A DNA stretch of 64,000 nucleotides from Alphaproteobacteria bacterium. GTDB lineage: Bacteria > Pseudomonadota > Alphaproteobacteria > MPNO01. A model generated the notes under the pieces. That model was not told the DNA's origin, searched no databases, and saw only the letters and a program-made list of their open reading frames with translations. Positions 20,359 through 29,880 of this stretch are shown here, piece after piece. The position numbers and the translations under genes are program-made. Location of the stretch: positions 384,001-448,000 of the forward strand of contig CBDFLJ010000001.1 of assembly GCA_965248835.1 (NCBI GenBank). The letters are read 5' to 3'. The first letter of the stretch is position 1, and every line of letters starts with the position of its first letter.

Positions 20359-21399
20359 CTAAAGCACCGCCTCGGCCAGCAGGCGCAGCGCCTCGATCGA
20401 CGGCTCCTTGGCGATCAAAGTGTGCACGTGGCCCTTGGCCGCGGCCTCTTTCCAGGCGCCCAGCCGGTCGCGGATGCGCGCGGGCGGGCCGACCAGGGCG
20501 ATGTCGTCGACCAGTTGATCAGGGACCGCCGCCGCCGCCTCGCGGTGCTTGCCGTCGAGGAACAGATCCTGGATCTTCACCGCCGCGTCTTCGTATCCGA
20601 GCAGCTTCGCGTAGTCGTTGTAGAAGTTCTTGCGGCGTGCGCCCATGCCGCCGACATAGAGCGCCATGTGGCGCTTGACCTCGGCGCGGCAGGCCTCCAG
20701 GTCTTCACCCGGATGGATCGGCACGAAGGGGGCGATTGCGAAATCCGCCAGCGTCTTGCCGCCGCCGGCCTTGGCGAAGCCCTCCTCGATCGGTCCTGCG
20801 AACAGGTCGAACCGGTCCGGGTTCATGAACACCGGGAAGAAGCCGTCGGCGAGCTCGGCCGCGGTGCGAACGCCGGCCGGGGTGAACGCGCCGGTGAAGA
20901 TCTTCAGCGGCGCGAAGGGATGGAGGATGCTCTTCAGCGGCTTGCCGAGCCCGGTCGTGCCGGGCCCGGTCGCCGGGATGCGGTAATGCTCGCCCTGATG
21001 CTCCAACGGAGCCTCGCGGGCGAAGACCTTGCGGATGACCGAGATGTATTCGCGTGTCCGGGTCATCGGCTTGCCGTAGGGAACGCCGTACCAACCTTCG
21101 ATCACCTGCGGTCCCGACGGGCCGATGCCGAGCACGAAGCGGCCGCCGGAAAGCGCCTGCAGAGTCATCGCCGCCATCGCCGCGGCGGTGGGCGTGCGCG
21201 CACCCATCTGGATGATCGCTGTGCCGACGGTGATCCGCGAGGTCAGTGCCAGCATCCAGGACGCGGGCGTGATCGCATCGCTGCCGTAGGCCTCCGACGT
21301 CCAGATCGAGTCGTAGCCCAGACGCTCGACCTCGCCGACCGCCGCGGAATCGACCGAGAATCTGGACCCCGAATAGCCGAACGTCACGCCGATCTTCAT
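20359..21399 (-). CDS. LLM class (probable F420-dependent) oxidoreductase
   Basis: WTSEAYGSDA, GPSGPQVIEGWYG and LYVGGMGA...NFYN motifs; ATG at 21399. Confidence 0.85.
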   Translation of the reverse strand: MKIGVTFGYSGSRFSVDSAAVGEVERLGYDSIWTSEAYGSDAITPASWMLALTSRITVGTAIIQMGARTPTAAAMAAMTLQALSGGRFVLGIGPSGPQVIEGWYGVPYGKPMTRTREYISVIRKVFAREAPLEHQGEHYRIPATGPGTTGLGKPLKSILHPFAPLKIFTGAFTPAGVRTAAELADGFFPVFMNPDRFDLFAGPIEEGFAKAGGGKTLADFAIAPFVPIHPGEDLEACRAEVKRHMALYVGGMGARRKNFYNDYAKLLGYEDAAVKIQDLFLDGKHREAAAAVPDQLVDDIALVGPPARIRDRLGAWKEAAAKGHVHTLIAKEPSIEALRLLAEAVL

Positions 21400-21663
21400 T
21401 CCCTGGCCCCTGCGTCGATCTGAAAACTCGCCATCGCATCGAGAGCGCCGTTCGCGGTGGCCGCGATCAGACGCACGCGCCGCGGAATCGCGGGAACTAT
21501 TCGCATTCGGTCCGGCCCTCACGGTCGGGGTAAGATAGCAGGCATAACCGTTCCGGGCCGGGCGCGGCAAGCCCGACGGAAAGGCGCCAGTCCGGCCGTG
21601 TACCGTCAAGGAGGCGTGGCGGGCAAGTCCGTGTGAGCGGCGATATCGGTGGATGGTTGAGCG

Positions 21664-23136
21664 ATGCGGTTCCTGACCCGCGCGGTAAGCGGCCTGTTCC
21701 TTGCCGTGATCACCTTCGGGCTGATCGGGCTCGGCATCTGGCGGCTCCAGGACGCGATCGGCGCCCGCGAAGCCGGGCAGGCCGAGCCGGCGCGCGAGCG
21801 CTCCTACGCGGTCGAGGTCACGACGCTGCGACCGCAGACCGTCCGGCCGGTCATCACCGCCTACGGTGAGGTCCGCGCCTGGCGCATGCTGGAGATTCGC
21901 GCCGGTGCCGCCGGGCCGATCACCGAGCTGTCGGCCGGCTTCCGCGACGGGGCGAGCGTGGCCGCCGGCGAGCCGCTGTTCGCGATCGATCCGACCGATT
22001 ACCGGCGCCGGGTCCGCGATGCAAAGGTCGGGCTCGTCCAGGCCCGGGCCGATCTTGCCGAGGCCAGGGAAGCCTTCGTCCTGGCGGCCGAGGAAGCGCG
22101 CATCGCCAGGCGCCAGCTCGGCCTCAAGGACAGCAACCTGGTGCGCAAGAAGAAGCTGATGGGCAAGGGCATCGTCGCCCAGGCCGCCCTCGATGAGGCG
22201 CGCAACGCCGTCGCCAACGCCCAGCAGACCCTGAATACACGCCTGAAGGCCGAGCTTGCCGCAAGGACGCGCATCGGCACCGCCGACCTCGCGGTCCAGC
22301 GCGCGGCGATCGCCCTGGAGGACGCCGAGAAATCATTGGCCGACGCCCGTTACCGCGCGCCGTTTGCCGGACCCTTGACCGGCGTGGTCGCGACGCTCGG
22401 CCGCCGGGTGACCCGGAACGAGGTGCTCGGCACCCTGATCGACAGGTCGACGCTGGAAGTCTCGTTCCGGGTCACCGACGCGGCCTTCGGCCGTCTCCTG
22501 GCCGAGGGCAGCGGCAGCGCGCTCAAGCCGCTGAAGGTTACCGCGCGCCTGGCGCTCGGCGAGCGCCGCATCGCGGTCGCGGGCACGCTGGAGCGCGCCG
22601 GGCCGCTCAGCAAGCTCTCCGAGGGCGGGCGCATGGTCTTTGCACGCATCGAGGCCGCGGACGAGACGGCGCTGCGCCCGGGCGACTTCGTCACCGTCGA
22701 GGTGGAGGAGGAGGCGATCCAGAACGTCGTGGTGATCCCGGCCGAGGCGGCAACCCAGGACGGCAAGATCTTTCTGCTCGACGCGCACGACCGATTGGAG
22801 GAAGTCACCGGCCGCATTCTGCGGCGCCAGGCCGACACGCTGGTGATGGCGGGCCTGCCGTTCGGGCGGCGCTATGTCAGGGCGCGCCTGCCTTATCTCG
22901 GCGCCGGGGTCGCGGTGACGCCGCGCGAGGCCGGCGCGGTGCCGGAGACCGCGGCACCGCCCGCGATGATTTCGCTCGACAACGCGCGGCGCCGCGCGAT
23001 CATCGCCTTCGTCAAGGCGCGCACCGGCATGCCGTCTGAAATAAGGGCGAGGATTCTGGCCGCGCTCGCCAAGCCGCGTGTTCCCGCGGCCATGGTTGAG
23101 CGGCTGGAGGCCCGCATCAACGGCGCCCGACGGTGA
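21664..23136 (+). CDS. RND efflux periplasmic adaptor (MFP) subunit
   Basis: N-terminal TM segment, lipoyl-like/coiled-coil hairpin, RAPFAG and LRPGDFV; adjacent to the RND permease. Confidence 0.85.
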   Translation: MRFLTRAVSGLFLAVITFGLIGLGIWRLQDAIGAREAGQAEPARERSYAVEVTTLRPQTVRPVITAYGEVRAWRMLEIRAGAAGPITELSAGFRDGASVAAGEPLFAIDPTDYRRRVRDAKVGLVQARADLAEAREAFVLAAEEARIARRQLGLKDSNLVRKKKLMGKGIVAQAALDEARNAVANAQQTLNTRLKAELAARTRIGTADLAVQRAAIALEDAEKSLADARYRAPFAGPLTGVVATLGRRVTRNEVLGTLIDRSTLEVSFRVTDAAFGRLLAEGSGSALKPLKVTARLALGERRIAVAGTLERAGPLSKLSEGGRMVFARIEAADETALRPGDFVTVEVEEEAIQNVVVIPAEAATQDGKIFLLDAHDRLEEVTGRILRRQADTLVMAGLPFGRRYVRARLPYLGAGVAVTPREAGAVPETAAPPAMISLDNARRRAIIAFVKARTGMPSEIRARILAALAKPRVPAAMVERLEARINGARR

Positions 23137-26100
23137 GGACGCCGAGCACGGACGCCGACGGCGGACGGCTCGCCGGACTGTTCCGCTACTTCGTCGATCA
23201 CCGCACCGCAGCGAACCTGCTGATGGTGGTGATGCTGCTGGCCGGCCTGTTCTCCGCCACCCAGATACGCTCGCAGTTCTTTCCCGACGTCGCCATAGAG
23301 GTCGTGCGCGTCAACGTTGTCTGGTCCGGTGTCGGGCCGGAGGAGATCGACCGCGCGGTCGTCGCCCGGCTCGAGCCGGGGCTGCGCGCCGTCGACGGCC
23401 TGGAGACCCTCCGCGCCTCCACGCGCGAGGGGCGCACCACGATTCGCCTGGAGTTCGTGGCGGGCTGGGACATGGAGGCCGCGGTCGAGGAGGTCAAGGC
23501 CGCGGTCGAGGAGACGCCGGACCTGCCGGGCGATATCGAAGAGCCGACGATCCGCCGCGCCCGGTTCCGCGACCTGGTAACCGACGTGATCATTTCCGGA
23601 CCGGTCTCGCTCGCCTTGCTGCACGACTATGGCGAGGAGCTGCGCACGCGGCTTTTCCGGGCCGGGGTCACCAAGACCCGCCTGATCGGCGTCAGCGCGC
23701 CGAAAATCCGGATCGACGTGCCGCCCGATGCGCTGGAGCGCCACGGCCTGACGCTGCGCCGGATCGCCGATGCGGTCGCCGCGGAGACCGGCATCCGGCC
23801 GGTCGGCGATTTCGCCCAGGGCACCGCGCGGGTCCGCACCGATGCCGGGCGCGAGACCATCCGGCGGATCGCGGCCATCGCCGTCCGCTCGCTGCCCGAC
23901 GGCAGCAAGCTGCGCCTGAGTGACTTCGCCAGGGTTCACGAGGAGGGGCTCGACCGCGGTCAGGCGCTTTTCCGCAGCGGCAAGCCGGCGGTCCGGGTCC
24001 GAATTGAGCGCGACGCCAAGGGCGATTCGATCGCGCTGCAGCAGACGGTTGAGGATGTCGTGGCCCGGATAGCGTCGAGCCTGCCGCAAGGCATCGAGAT
24101 GACGCTTACCCGCACCCGCGCCCGGGCGATCACCTCGCGGCTCGACCTGCTGATCAACAACGGTTCGATGGGTCTCGCGATCGTCCTGGTGCTCCTGTTC
24201 CTGTTCCTGTCCGCGCGGACCGCGTTCTGGGTGGCCGCCGGCATCCCCGTCGCGATGGCCGCGACCGTCGCCCTGATGTACGTCGCCGGGTTCACCTTCA
24301 ACATGGTTTCGCTGTTCGCGTTGATCCTGTGCCTGGGCATCGTCGTCGACGATGCGATCGTGGTCGGCGAACACACGGACCATCTAGCCGGGCAGGGCCT
24401 GTCGCCGGCCGACGCCGCGACGCAAGCCGCCCGGCGCATGGCGGGTCCGGTTTTCAGCGCTTCGATCACCACGGTGATCGCCTTCGCCGCCATCATCCTG
24501 ATCAGCGGACGGTTCGGTCGGCTGATCGCCGATCTTCCCTTCACCGTCTGCGTGGTGGTGATCGCGAGCCTGATCGAATGCTTCATCATCCTGCCCGCCC
24601 ACATGCGCCACGCCCTGCAGTCCGGCGCGCGCAAGCGCTGGTTCGATGCGCCGGGCCGGATGGTCAACCGCTTCTTCGTCCGGTTCCGCGAAGGCGGGTT
24701 CCGGCGCTTCATCCGCGCCGTGATCCGGTTGCGCTATCCGGTCTGGGGGATGGCCTTGCTGCTGCTCGCGGTCTCGGCCTCGGCGGTGATCGACAGGACG
24801 GTGCGCTGGCGGTTTTTCGTCGCACCCGAACGCGGCACGGTGACCGCCAATATCGCCATGCTGCCGGGCGCGGTGCGGGCCGACACCAAGGCGATGCTGG
24901 ACGAGCTCGACCGCGCGCTGGCGGTGGTCAACGACCGCTATGCCGCGAAATACGGCCGCGCGCCGGTCGAGCTGTCGATCGCCAAGCTCGGCGGCACCAC
25001 CGGCCGCGGGCTGACCGGTGCCGATACCATGGACCCCGACCGCCTGGGCGGCTACGACATCTCGCTGATTGATCCGGACGAGAGACCCTATACCGGCTTC
25101 GCCTTCCTGGCCGATTGGCGGGGCGAGATCCGCCGGTTGCCGAAGCTCGAACGCCTCGCGCTGCGCCGCGAGCGCCGCGGTCCGGGCAGCGGGGATATCC
25201 ATATCCAGCTGTCGGGCGCCGACAGCCAAACGCTCAAGACCGCCGCGCTCGACCTCCAGGCCCGGCTCGCGCGGTTCCCGGCGGTCAGCGGGCTGGAGGA
25301 CGACCTGGCCTACGACAAGCCCGAGTTCGTGGTGCGGCTGACCCCGCGCGGCGAGGCGCTGGGGCTCAGCACCGCCGCGCTTGCCCGCACGCTGCGCGAA
25401 CGCCTGGACGGCATCGAGGCGGCGTCGTTCGCGCGCGGCACCCATGAAGTCGAAGTCAGAGTCCGCCTGCCCGAAGACGCGCTGGGCCGGTCCTATCTGC
25501 ACCGTGCCAAGCTGCCGGTAGCGGGCGGCGCCTTCGTGCCGCTGTCCTCGATCGCGACCCTGGAGCAAAAGCAAGGCTTCTCCGTCATCCGGCGCGAGGC
25601 CGGTGAGCAGGTGGTCACCGTCTCCGGCGACCTTGACGACGACGCGGCGGCGCGGACCGCGGTCGGCGACGCGCTGGCCGGCGAGATCCTGCCCGAGATC
25701 GCGCGGCGCTACGGCATTCGCACCTCGCTCGGCGGGCTTACCGAGCAGGAGCGCGACTTCCTGTCCGACGCCAGACTCGGCCTGGCTTTGTGTCTGGTCG
25801 GGATCTATCTCGTGCTGGCCTGGGTGTTCGGATCCTGGTCGCGTCCGATCGTGGTGATGCTGGTGATCCCGTTCGGGCTGATCGGGGCGATCTGGGGCCA
25901 TCACCTGCACGGCATCCCGCTATCGATGTTTTCGGTCGTGGGCCTGTTGGGGATGACCGGGATCATCGTCAACGATTCGATCGTGCTGGTGACCACCATC
26001 GACCGGCGGCTCGAAACGCAAAGCGCGGTCGCCGCGGTGATCGACGGGACCTGCGACCGCCTGCGCGCCGTGCTCCTGACCACGCTGACCACAATCGGCG

Positions 26101-26306
26101 GGCTTGCGCCGCTGTTGCTCGAGACCAGCCGCCAGGCGGCGTTCCTCAAGCCCACCGTGCTGACCCTGGTCTACGGGCTCGGCTTCGGCGTGGTGATCGT
26201 CCTGATGATCACGCCGGCCGCGGTGGCGATCCAACAGGACATCGGGCTGCACTTGAAAAGCGCGCGGCGGATGATCCGCTGGCGCGCGCGGCGATGGACA
26301 GGCTGA
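23133..26306 (+). CDS. RND efflux permease (AcrB/AcrD/AcrF family)
   Basis: 1057 aa; AANLLM, GIVVDDAIVVGE, GIIVNDSIVLV and RLRAVLLTTLTT motifs. Confidence 0.93.
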   Translation: MRTPSTDADGGRLAGLFRYFVDHRTAANLLMVVMLLAGLFSATQIRSQFFPDVAIEVVRVNVVWSGVGPEEIDRAVVARLEPGLRAVDGLETLRASTREGRTTIRLEFVAGWDMEAAVEEVKAAVEETPDLPGDIEEPTIRRARFRDLVTDVIISGPVSLALLHDYGEELRTRLFRAGVTKTRLIGVSAPKIRIDVPPDALERHGLTLRRIADAVAAETGIRPVGDFAQGTARVRTDAGRETIRRIAAIAVRSLPDGSKLRLSDFARVHEEGLDRGQALFRSGKPAVRVRIERDAKGDSIALQQTVEDVVARIASSLPQGIEMTLTRTRARAITSRLDLLINNGSMGLAIVLVLLFLFLSARTAFWVAAGIPVAMAATVALMYVAGFTFNMVSLFALILCLGIVVDDAIVVGEHTDHLAGQGLSPADAATQAARRMAGPVFSASITTVIAFAAIILISGRFGRLIADLPFTVCVVVIASLIECFIILPAHMRHALQSGARKRWFDAPGRMVNRFFVRFREGGFRRFIRAVIRLRYPVWGMALLLLAVSASAVIDRTVRWRFFVAPERGTVTANIAMLPGAVRADTKAMLDELDRALAVVNDRYAAKYGRAPVELSIAKLGGTTGRGLTGADTMDPDRLGGYDISLIDPDERPYTGFAFLADWRGEIRRLPKLERLALRRERRGPGSGDIHIQLSGADSQTLKTAALDLQARLARFPAVSGLEDDLAYDKPEFVVRLTPRGEALGLSTAALARTLRERLDGIEAASFARGTHEVEVRVRLPEDALGRSYLHRAKLPVAGGAFVPLSSIATLEQKQGFSVIRREAGEQVVTVSGDLDDDAAARTAVGDALAGEILPEIARRYGIRTSLGGLTEQERDFLSDARLGLALCLVGIYLVLAWVFGSWSRPIVVMLVIPFGLIGAIWGHHLHGIPLSMFSVVGLLGMTGIIVNDSIVLVTTIDRRLETQSAVAAVIDGTCDRLRAVLLTTLTTIGGLAPLLLETSRQAAFLKPTVLTLVYGLGFGVVIVLMITPAAVAIQQDIGLHLKSARRMIRWRARRWTG

Positions 26307-26353
26307 GCCGACGGCGGCACAATGGCGCCCGACGCGGTCAACGGAGCGGAACC

Positions 26354-26773
26354 ATGGCAAAGCTGCGCCATCTCGCCATGCAGGTGCCCGACCTGGACAA
26401 GGCGGGCGCGTTCTACAAGTCGGTCTTCGACATGGAACAGGTCGTGCGGGCCGACACCCCGTTCGGCAACGTGCTGATGCTGACCGACGGGGTGATCAAC
26501 CTTACGCTGCTCAATTTCCCCGAGGGCACCAAGGGCATGATCAACGGCCCCGACTGGGCCGGGCTTCACCACATGGGCTTCGTCATCGAGGATGAACAGG
26601 AGACGATAGGGCGGATCGAGGCCCACGGCGGCGAATACTTCACCACCCTGCCCGACGGCTACGAGGGTATCCAGGCCGAGGTCAAGTACAAGGACCCCAA
26701 CGGCGTGGTCTTCGACATCTCCGAGCACGGCTGGCTGACCCGGGCGCTCGAAAAGGCCGAAGCCGCCGAATAG
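26354..26773 (+). CDS. VOC/glyoxalase family protein
   Basis: MAKLRHLAM.VPDLDKA, GLHHMGF and KDPNGVVFDISEHGW; GGAG RBS upstream. Confidence 0.85.
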   Translation: MAKLRHLAMQVPDLDKAGAFYKSVFDMEQVVRADTPFGNVLMLTDGVINLTLLNFPEGTKGMINGPDWAGLHHMGFVIEDEQETIGRIEAHGGEYFTTLPDGYEGIQAEVKYKDPNGVVFDISEHGWLTRALEKAEAAE

Positions 26774-26837
26774 CCCGACCGTCCGGCGGCGCGCTTCTGA
26801 CGCGGACCGGACTCCGTCTCACGTCGGAGGGCTTGGC

Positions 26838-28142
26838 ATGAGCGATCTCGACGCCGACGCGCTGCGTGATCTGGTGCGCCCCGACCGGGTGCACCGCGAT
26901 TTCTATGTCAGCCCGGCGGTCTTCGAGCTGGAGATGGCCCGCATCTTCGCCCGCGCCTGGTTGTTCGTCGGGCATGCGAGCCAGATCCCCGCCCCCGGGG
27001 ATTTCATTACCACGCGGATCTGCCGCCAGCCGGTGATCATGAGCCGTGACGACGACGGCGAGATCCATCTGCTGTTCAACCGCTGCACCCACCGCGGCGC
27101 GCAGATTTGCACACAGTCCAAGGGCAGCACGCAGCGCTTCGAGTGCCCCTATCACGGCTGGGCGTTCAGGACCGACGGCAGCCATGCCGGCGCGCCCTAC
27201 CCCAAGCGCTACGCCAAGGAATTCCTGGACGGCGGCGGGCTCGACCTGGCGCGGGTGCCGAGGATGGCGGTCTATCGCGGCTTCGTGTTCGGAAGCCTGA
27301 GCGCCGAGGGGCCGGCGCTGGAGGACTTCCTGGGGCCGATGCGCGCCCACATCGACGACATGGTCGACCGCGCCCCGGACGGCGAGGTCGAGGCGAGCGC
27401 GGGCGTCTTCCGCTACCGCTTCGCGGCCAACTGGAAGATCCAGATCGAGAACCAGAACGACCTCTACCATCCGATGTTCACCCACGCCTCGACGACCGCG
27501 GAGGACGGCACCCAGTTCCGGCGCCAGGGCGCGTCGCAGGACGAGGCGGGCTCGGTCAAGCTGCTGTCGTCCGGGGCGGCGCTCAACGAGGCGTGGGAGG
27601 ATCTGCCGGTCGGCGGCTGCCGCTACGGCCACACCTATTCGGGCCGCTTTCCCATGGACAAGGCCAACAGCGGCCCGGTCTTCGAGCGCTACGCCGCCGC
27701 GCTGGAGGCCGGACGCGGCAGGAAACGCGCCGGCGAGGTCATCAACCTCACCCGGCACAACAGCATTTTCTATCCGCAATTCTCCATCCAGTACCTCACC
27801 CAGCACATAAGGGTGATGAACCCGATCTCGGTCGATTGCACCGAGAACACCATCATCCCGCTCAAGCTCAAGGGCGCGCCCGAGGAGATGTGGCGTGCGG
27901 CCTTGCGCAGCAACAACAACAGCCATTCGCCCGCCGGCATGGTGATGTCCGACGACATGGAGGTCTGGACCCGCTGCCAGAACGGGCTCGCCACCCAGGG
28001 CGAGGACTGGGTGGTCTTCGCCCGCGGCCTCGGTGAGGAGGCGACCGACAACCAAGGCAACTATGAAGGGCGCGGCACCACCGAGACCTGCGCGCGCCAT
28101 CAGCACCTCGCCTGGCTGGACTATATGTGCCGCGAAGGCTGA
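26838..28142 (+). CDS. Rieske aromatic ring-hydroxylating oxygenase, alpha subunit
   Basis: CTHRG...CPYHGW Rieske motif; NWK...ENQNDLYHPMFTH and DDME mononuclear iron ligands. Confidence 0.92.
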   Translation: MSDLDADALRDLVRPDRVHRDFYVSPAVFELEMARIFARAWLFVGHASQIPAPGDFITTRICRQPVIMSRDDDGEIHLLFNRCTHRGAQICTQSKGSTQRFECPYHGWAFRTDGSHAGAPYPKRYAKEFLDGGGLDLARVPRMAVYRGFVFGSLSAEGPALEDFLGPMRAHIDDMVDRAPDGEVEASAGVFRYRFAANWKIQIENQNDLYHPMFTHASTTAEDGTQFRRQGASQDEAGSVKLLSSGAALNEAWEDLPVGGCRYGHTYSGRFPMDKANSGPVFERYAAALEAGRGRKRAGEVINLTRHNSIFYPQFSIQYLTQHIRVMNPISVDCTENTIIPLKLKGAPEEMWRAALRSNNNSHSPAGMVMSDDMEVWTRCQNGLATQGEDWVVFARGLGEEATDNQGNYEGRGTTETCARHQHLAWLDYMCREG

Positions 28143-28633
28143 GGACGAAAGCGGCTGCCTTGGGTTCGGACATCGAGAGTTTCCTGATCCACGAAGTACG
28201 CCTCCTGGACGAGCGCCGCTTCGAGGAATGGATGAGCCTGTTCGCCGAGGACGGCTATTACTGGGTGCCCGCCGCACCGGACCAGACGGACCCCTATGAG
28301 GCGGTGTCGATCTTTTTCGACGACCGCGAGATGATGAGAACGCGGCTGGCGCGGCTCGACCACCCCAAGATCCATTCCCAGATCCCGGCCAGCCGCACCT
28401 GCCATTTCGTCTCCAACATCGACATCGAGGCGGCGTCGGGCGCGGACGACGGGATTCTGGTCCGTTCGAACCTGCTGATGCTGGAATACCGGCTCGACAA
28501 GCAGACCGCTTACGGCGGCCATTGCCGCCACCTGCTGCGCGTCAAGCCCGACGGCGGCTACGAGATCGCCTGGAAACGGGTCGATCTGATCAACTGCGAC
28601 GGCATCTTCGAGGTTCTGTCGGTGCCGTTTTGA
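28127..28633 (+). CDS. Aromatic ring-hydroxylating dioxygenase, beta subunit
   Basis: FLIHEVRLLDERRFEEW...YWVP and KRVDLINCD; follows the alpha subunit. Confidence 0.9.
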   Translation: MPRRLRTKAAALGSDIESFLIHEVRLLDERRFEEWMSLFAEDGYYWVPAAPDQTDPYEAVSIFFDDREMMRTRLARLDHPKIHSQIPASRTCHFVSNIDIEAASGADDGILVRSNLLMLEYRLDKQTAYGGHCRHLLRVKPDGGYEIAWKRVDLINCDGIFEVLSVPF

Positions 28634-28646
28634 GCCGACCGGCCCG

Positions 28647-29470
28647 TCAGACCGGCACCTCGCCCTCGACGGCGATGCGCCGCAGCAGGCGGCGTTCGCC
28701 GGGATCGAAGGCGGTGCGGGCGTGGAGCGTGCAGCGGTTGTCCCAGATCAGCAGGTCGCCGACGCGCCAGCGGTGCTCGTAGACGAACGCATCCCGCTCC
28801 ATGTGGTCGAACAGCTCATCGAGCAGCGCATCGCTCTCGGCCCGCTCCATTCCCTCGACCGACTCGGTGATCAGCCGGCAGACATAGAGCGCCTTGCGGC
28901 CGGTCCGGGGGTGGGTGCGCACGATCGGGTGGGTCCAGCGCGGCGCCTCCGGCCGGGCTGCGGCGCTGCGCTTGCAGGGGTTGCGCAGGTAATCGTAGAC
29001 GTTGAGCGCACGCCGCCCTTCGATCCGGTCTCTGGTCGCCGGCGGCAGCGCGTCATAGGCCGCGTAGGTGTTGGCGAACCGCGTGTTGCCGCCGGCCGAC
29101 GGGACTTCGATCGCGTGCAGGCTGGTCGCCGAGGCCGGCACCTCGAAATAGCACTGATCGGAATGAAACCAGACCTCGCCCTCGGGCAGGATCGCGTCGT
29201 CGCGCACGTTCGAGACATAGAGCACCGCCTCATGCTCGATCTCCATGCCGAATTGGACGCGCGCGGTCTGGTTCTGGATGGTGCCGAAATTGGCGCAGAA
29301 CGCGATCTGCTGGTCGTTGTCGAGCGTCTGGCCGCGGATCAGCAGCACCTGGTGGTCAAGCCACGCCCGCTCGATTCCTCGAACGTCGCCCGGTCCAGCG
29401 GTTGGGCGAGATCGACGCCGCCGACCTCGCAGCCGAGGGCATCGGACAACCGGGTCAACGTGATCGCCAT
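28647..29470 (-). CDS. TauD/TfdA family 2-oxoglutarate-dependent dioxygenase, with a -1 frameshift near 29376
   Basis: N-terminus MAITLTRLSDALGCEVGGVDL is in one frame; HSD, HPIVRTHP and WDNRCTLHAR are in another. Adding one A (GAA ATC) restores FEEIERAWLDHQVLLIRGQ. Confidence 0.85.
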
Positions 29471-29594
29471 GGCCGTGCCTCCGTAATGCCGGGCGCCGAG
29501 TCTAGCGCAGCCGCGCCCCGTTGCCGAGCCGGGTTCCTGCCGCACTCGGCGCGGTTGGGGGATTGCGGCGATTTGGCCGCACGGCTAGGCTTCG

Positions 29595-29780
29595 CCCAGT
29601 GACGGTTCCCTTCGGGGAGGCAAGAGGGAACAGGGAACGGCGGCACCCCGAAGAGGTGCGTCGAAGCCCTGGCTGCCCCCGCAACTGTGAGCGGCGAGCG
29701 CGCGCCCGACCGATGCCACTGGGAAACTGGGAAGGCAGGGCGCGAGTCGAGACCCGCGAGCCAGGAGACCTGCCGGCACA
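29595..29780 (+). promoter_or_regulatory. Cobalamin riboswitch
   Basis: Contains AAGAGGGAA, GCTGCCCCCGCAACTGT, GCCACTGGG...GGGAAGG and the B12 box GAGCCAGGAGACCTGCC; upstream of a btuB-like gene. Confidence 0.95.
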
Positions 29781-29880
29781 GCGTCACCCAACCGCCGGCC
29801 GGGGTGTGTCAGTGGGGACGGAAGCCCCGTCGGCGGTGACGCGCGGAAACGTGTCGTCACCGAAGGTTGGGGAAACCGTC

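Noticed and set aside
29521-29880. 120-aa N-terminal extension of the TonB-dependent receptor
   Set aside because: The region is the cobalamin riboswitch leader; the signal peptide begins at the ATG at 29881.
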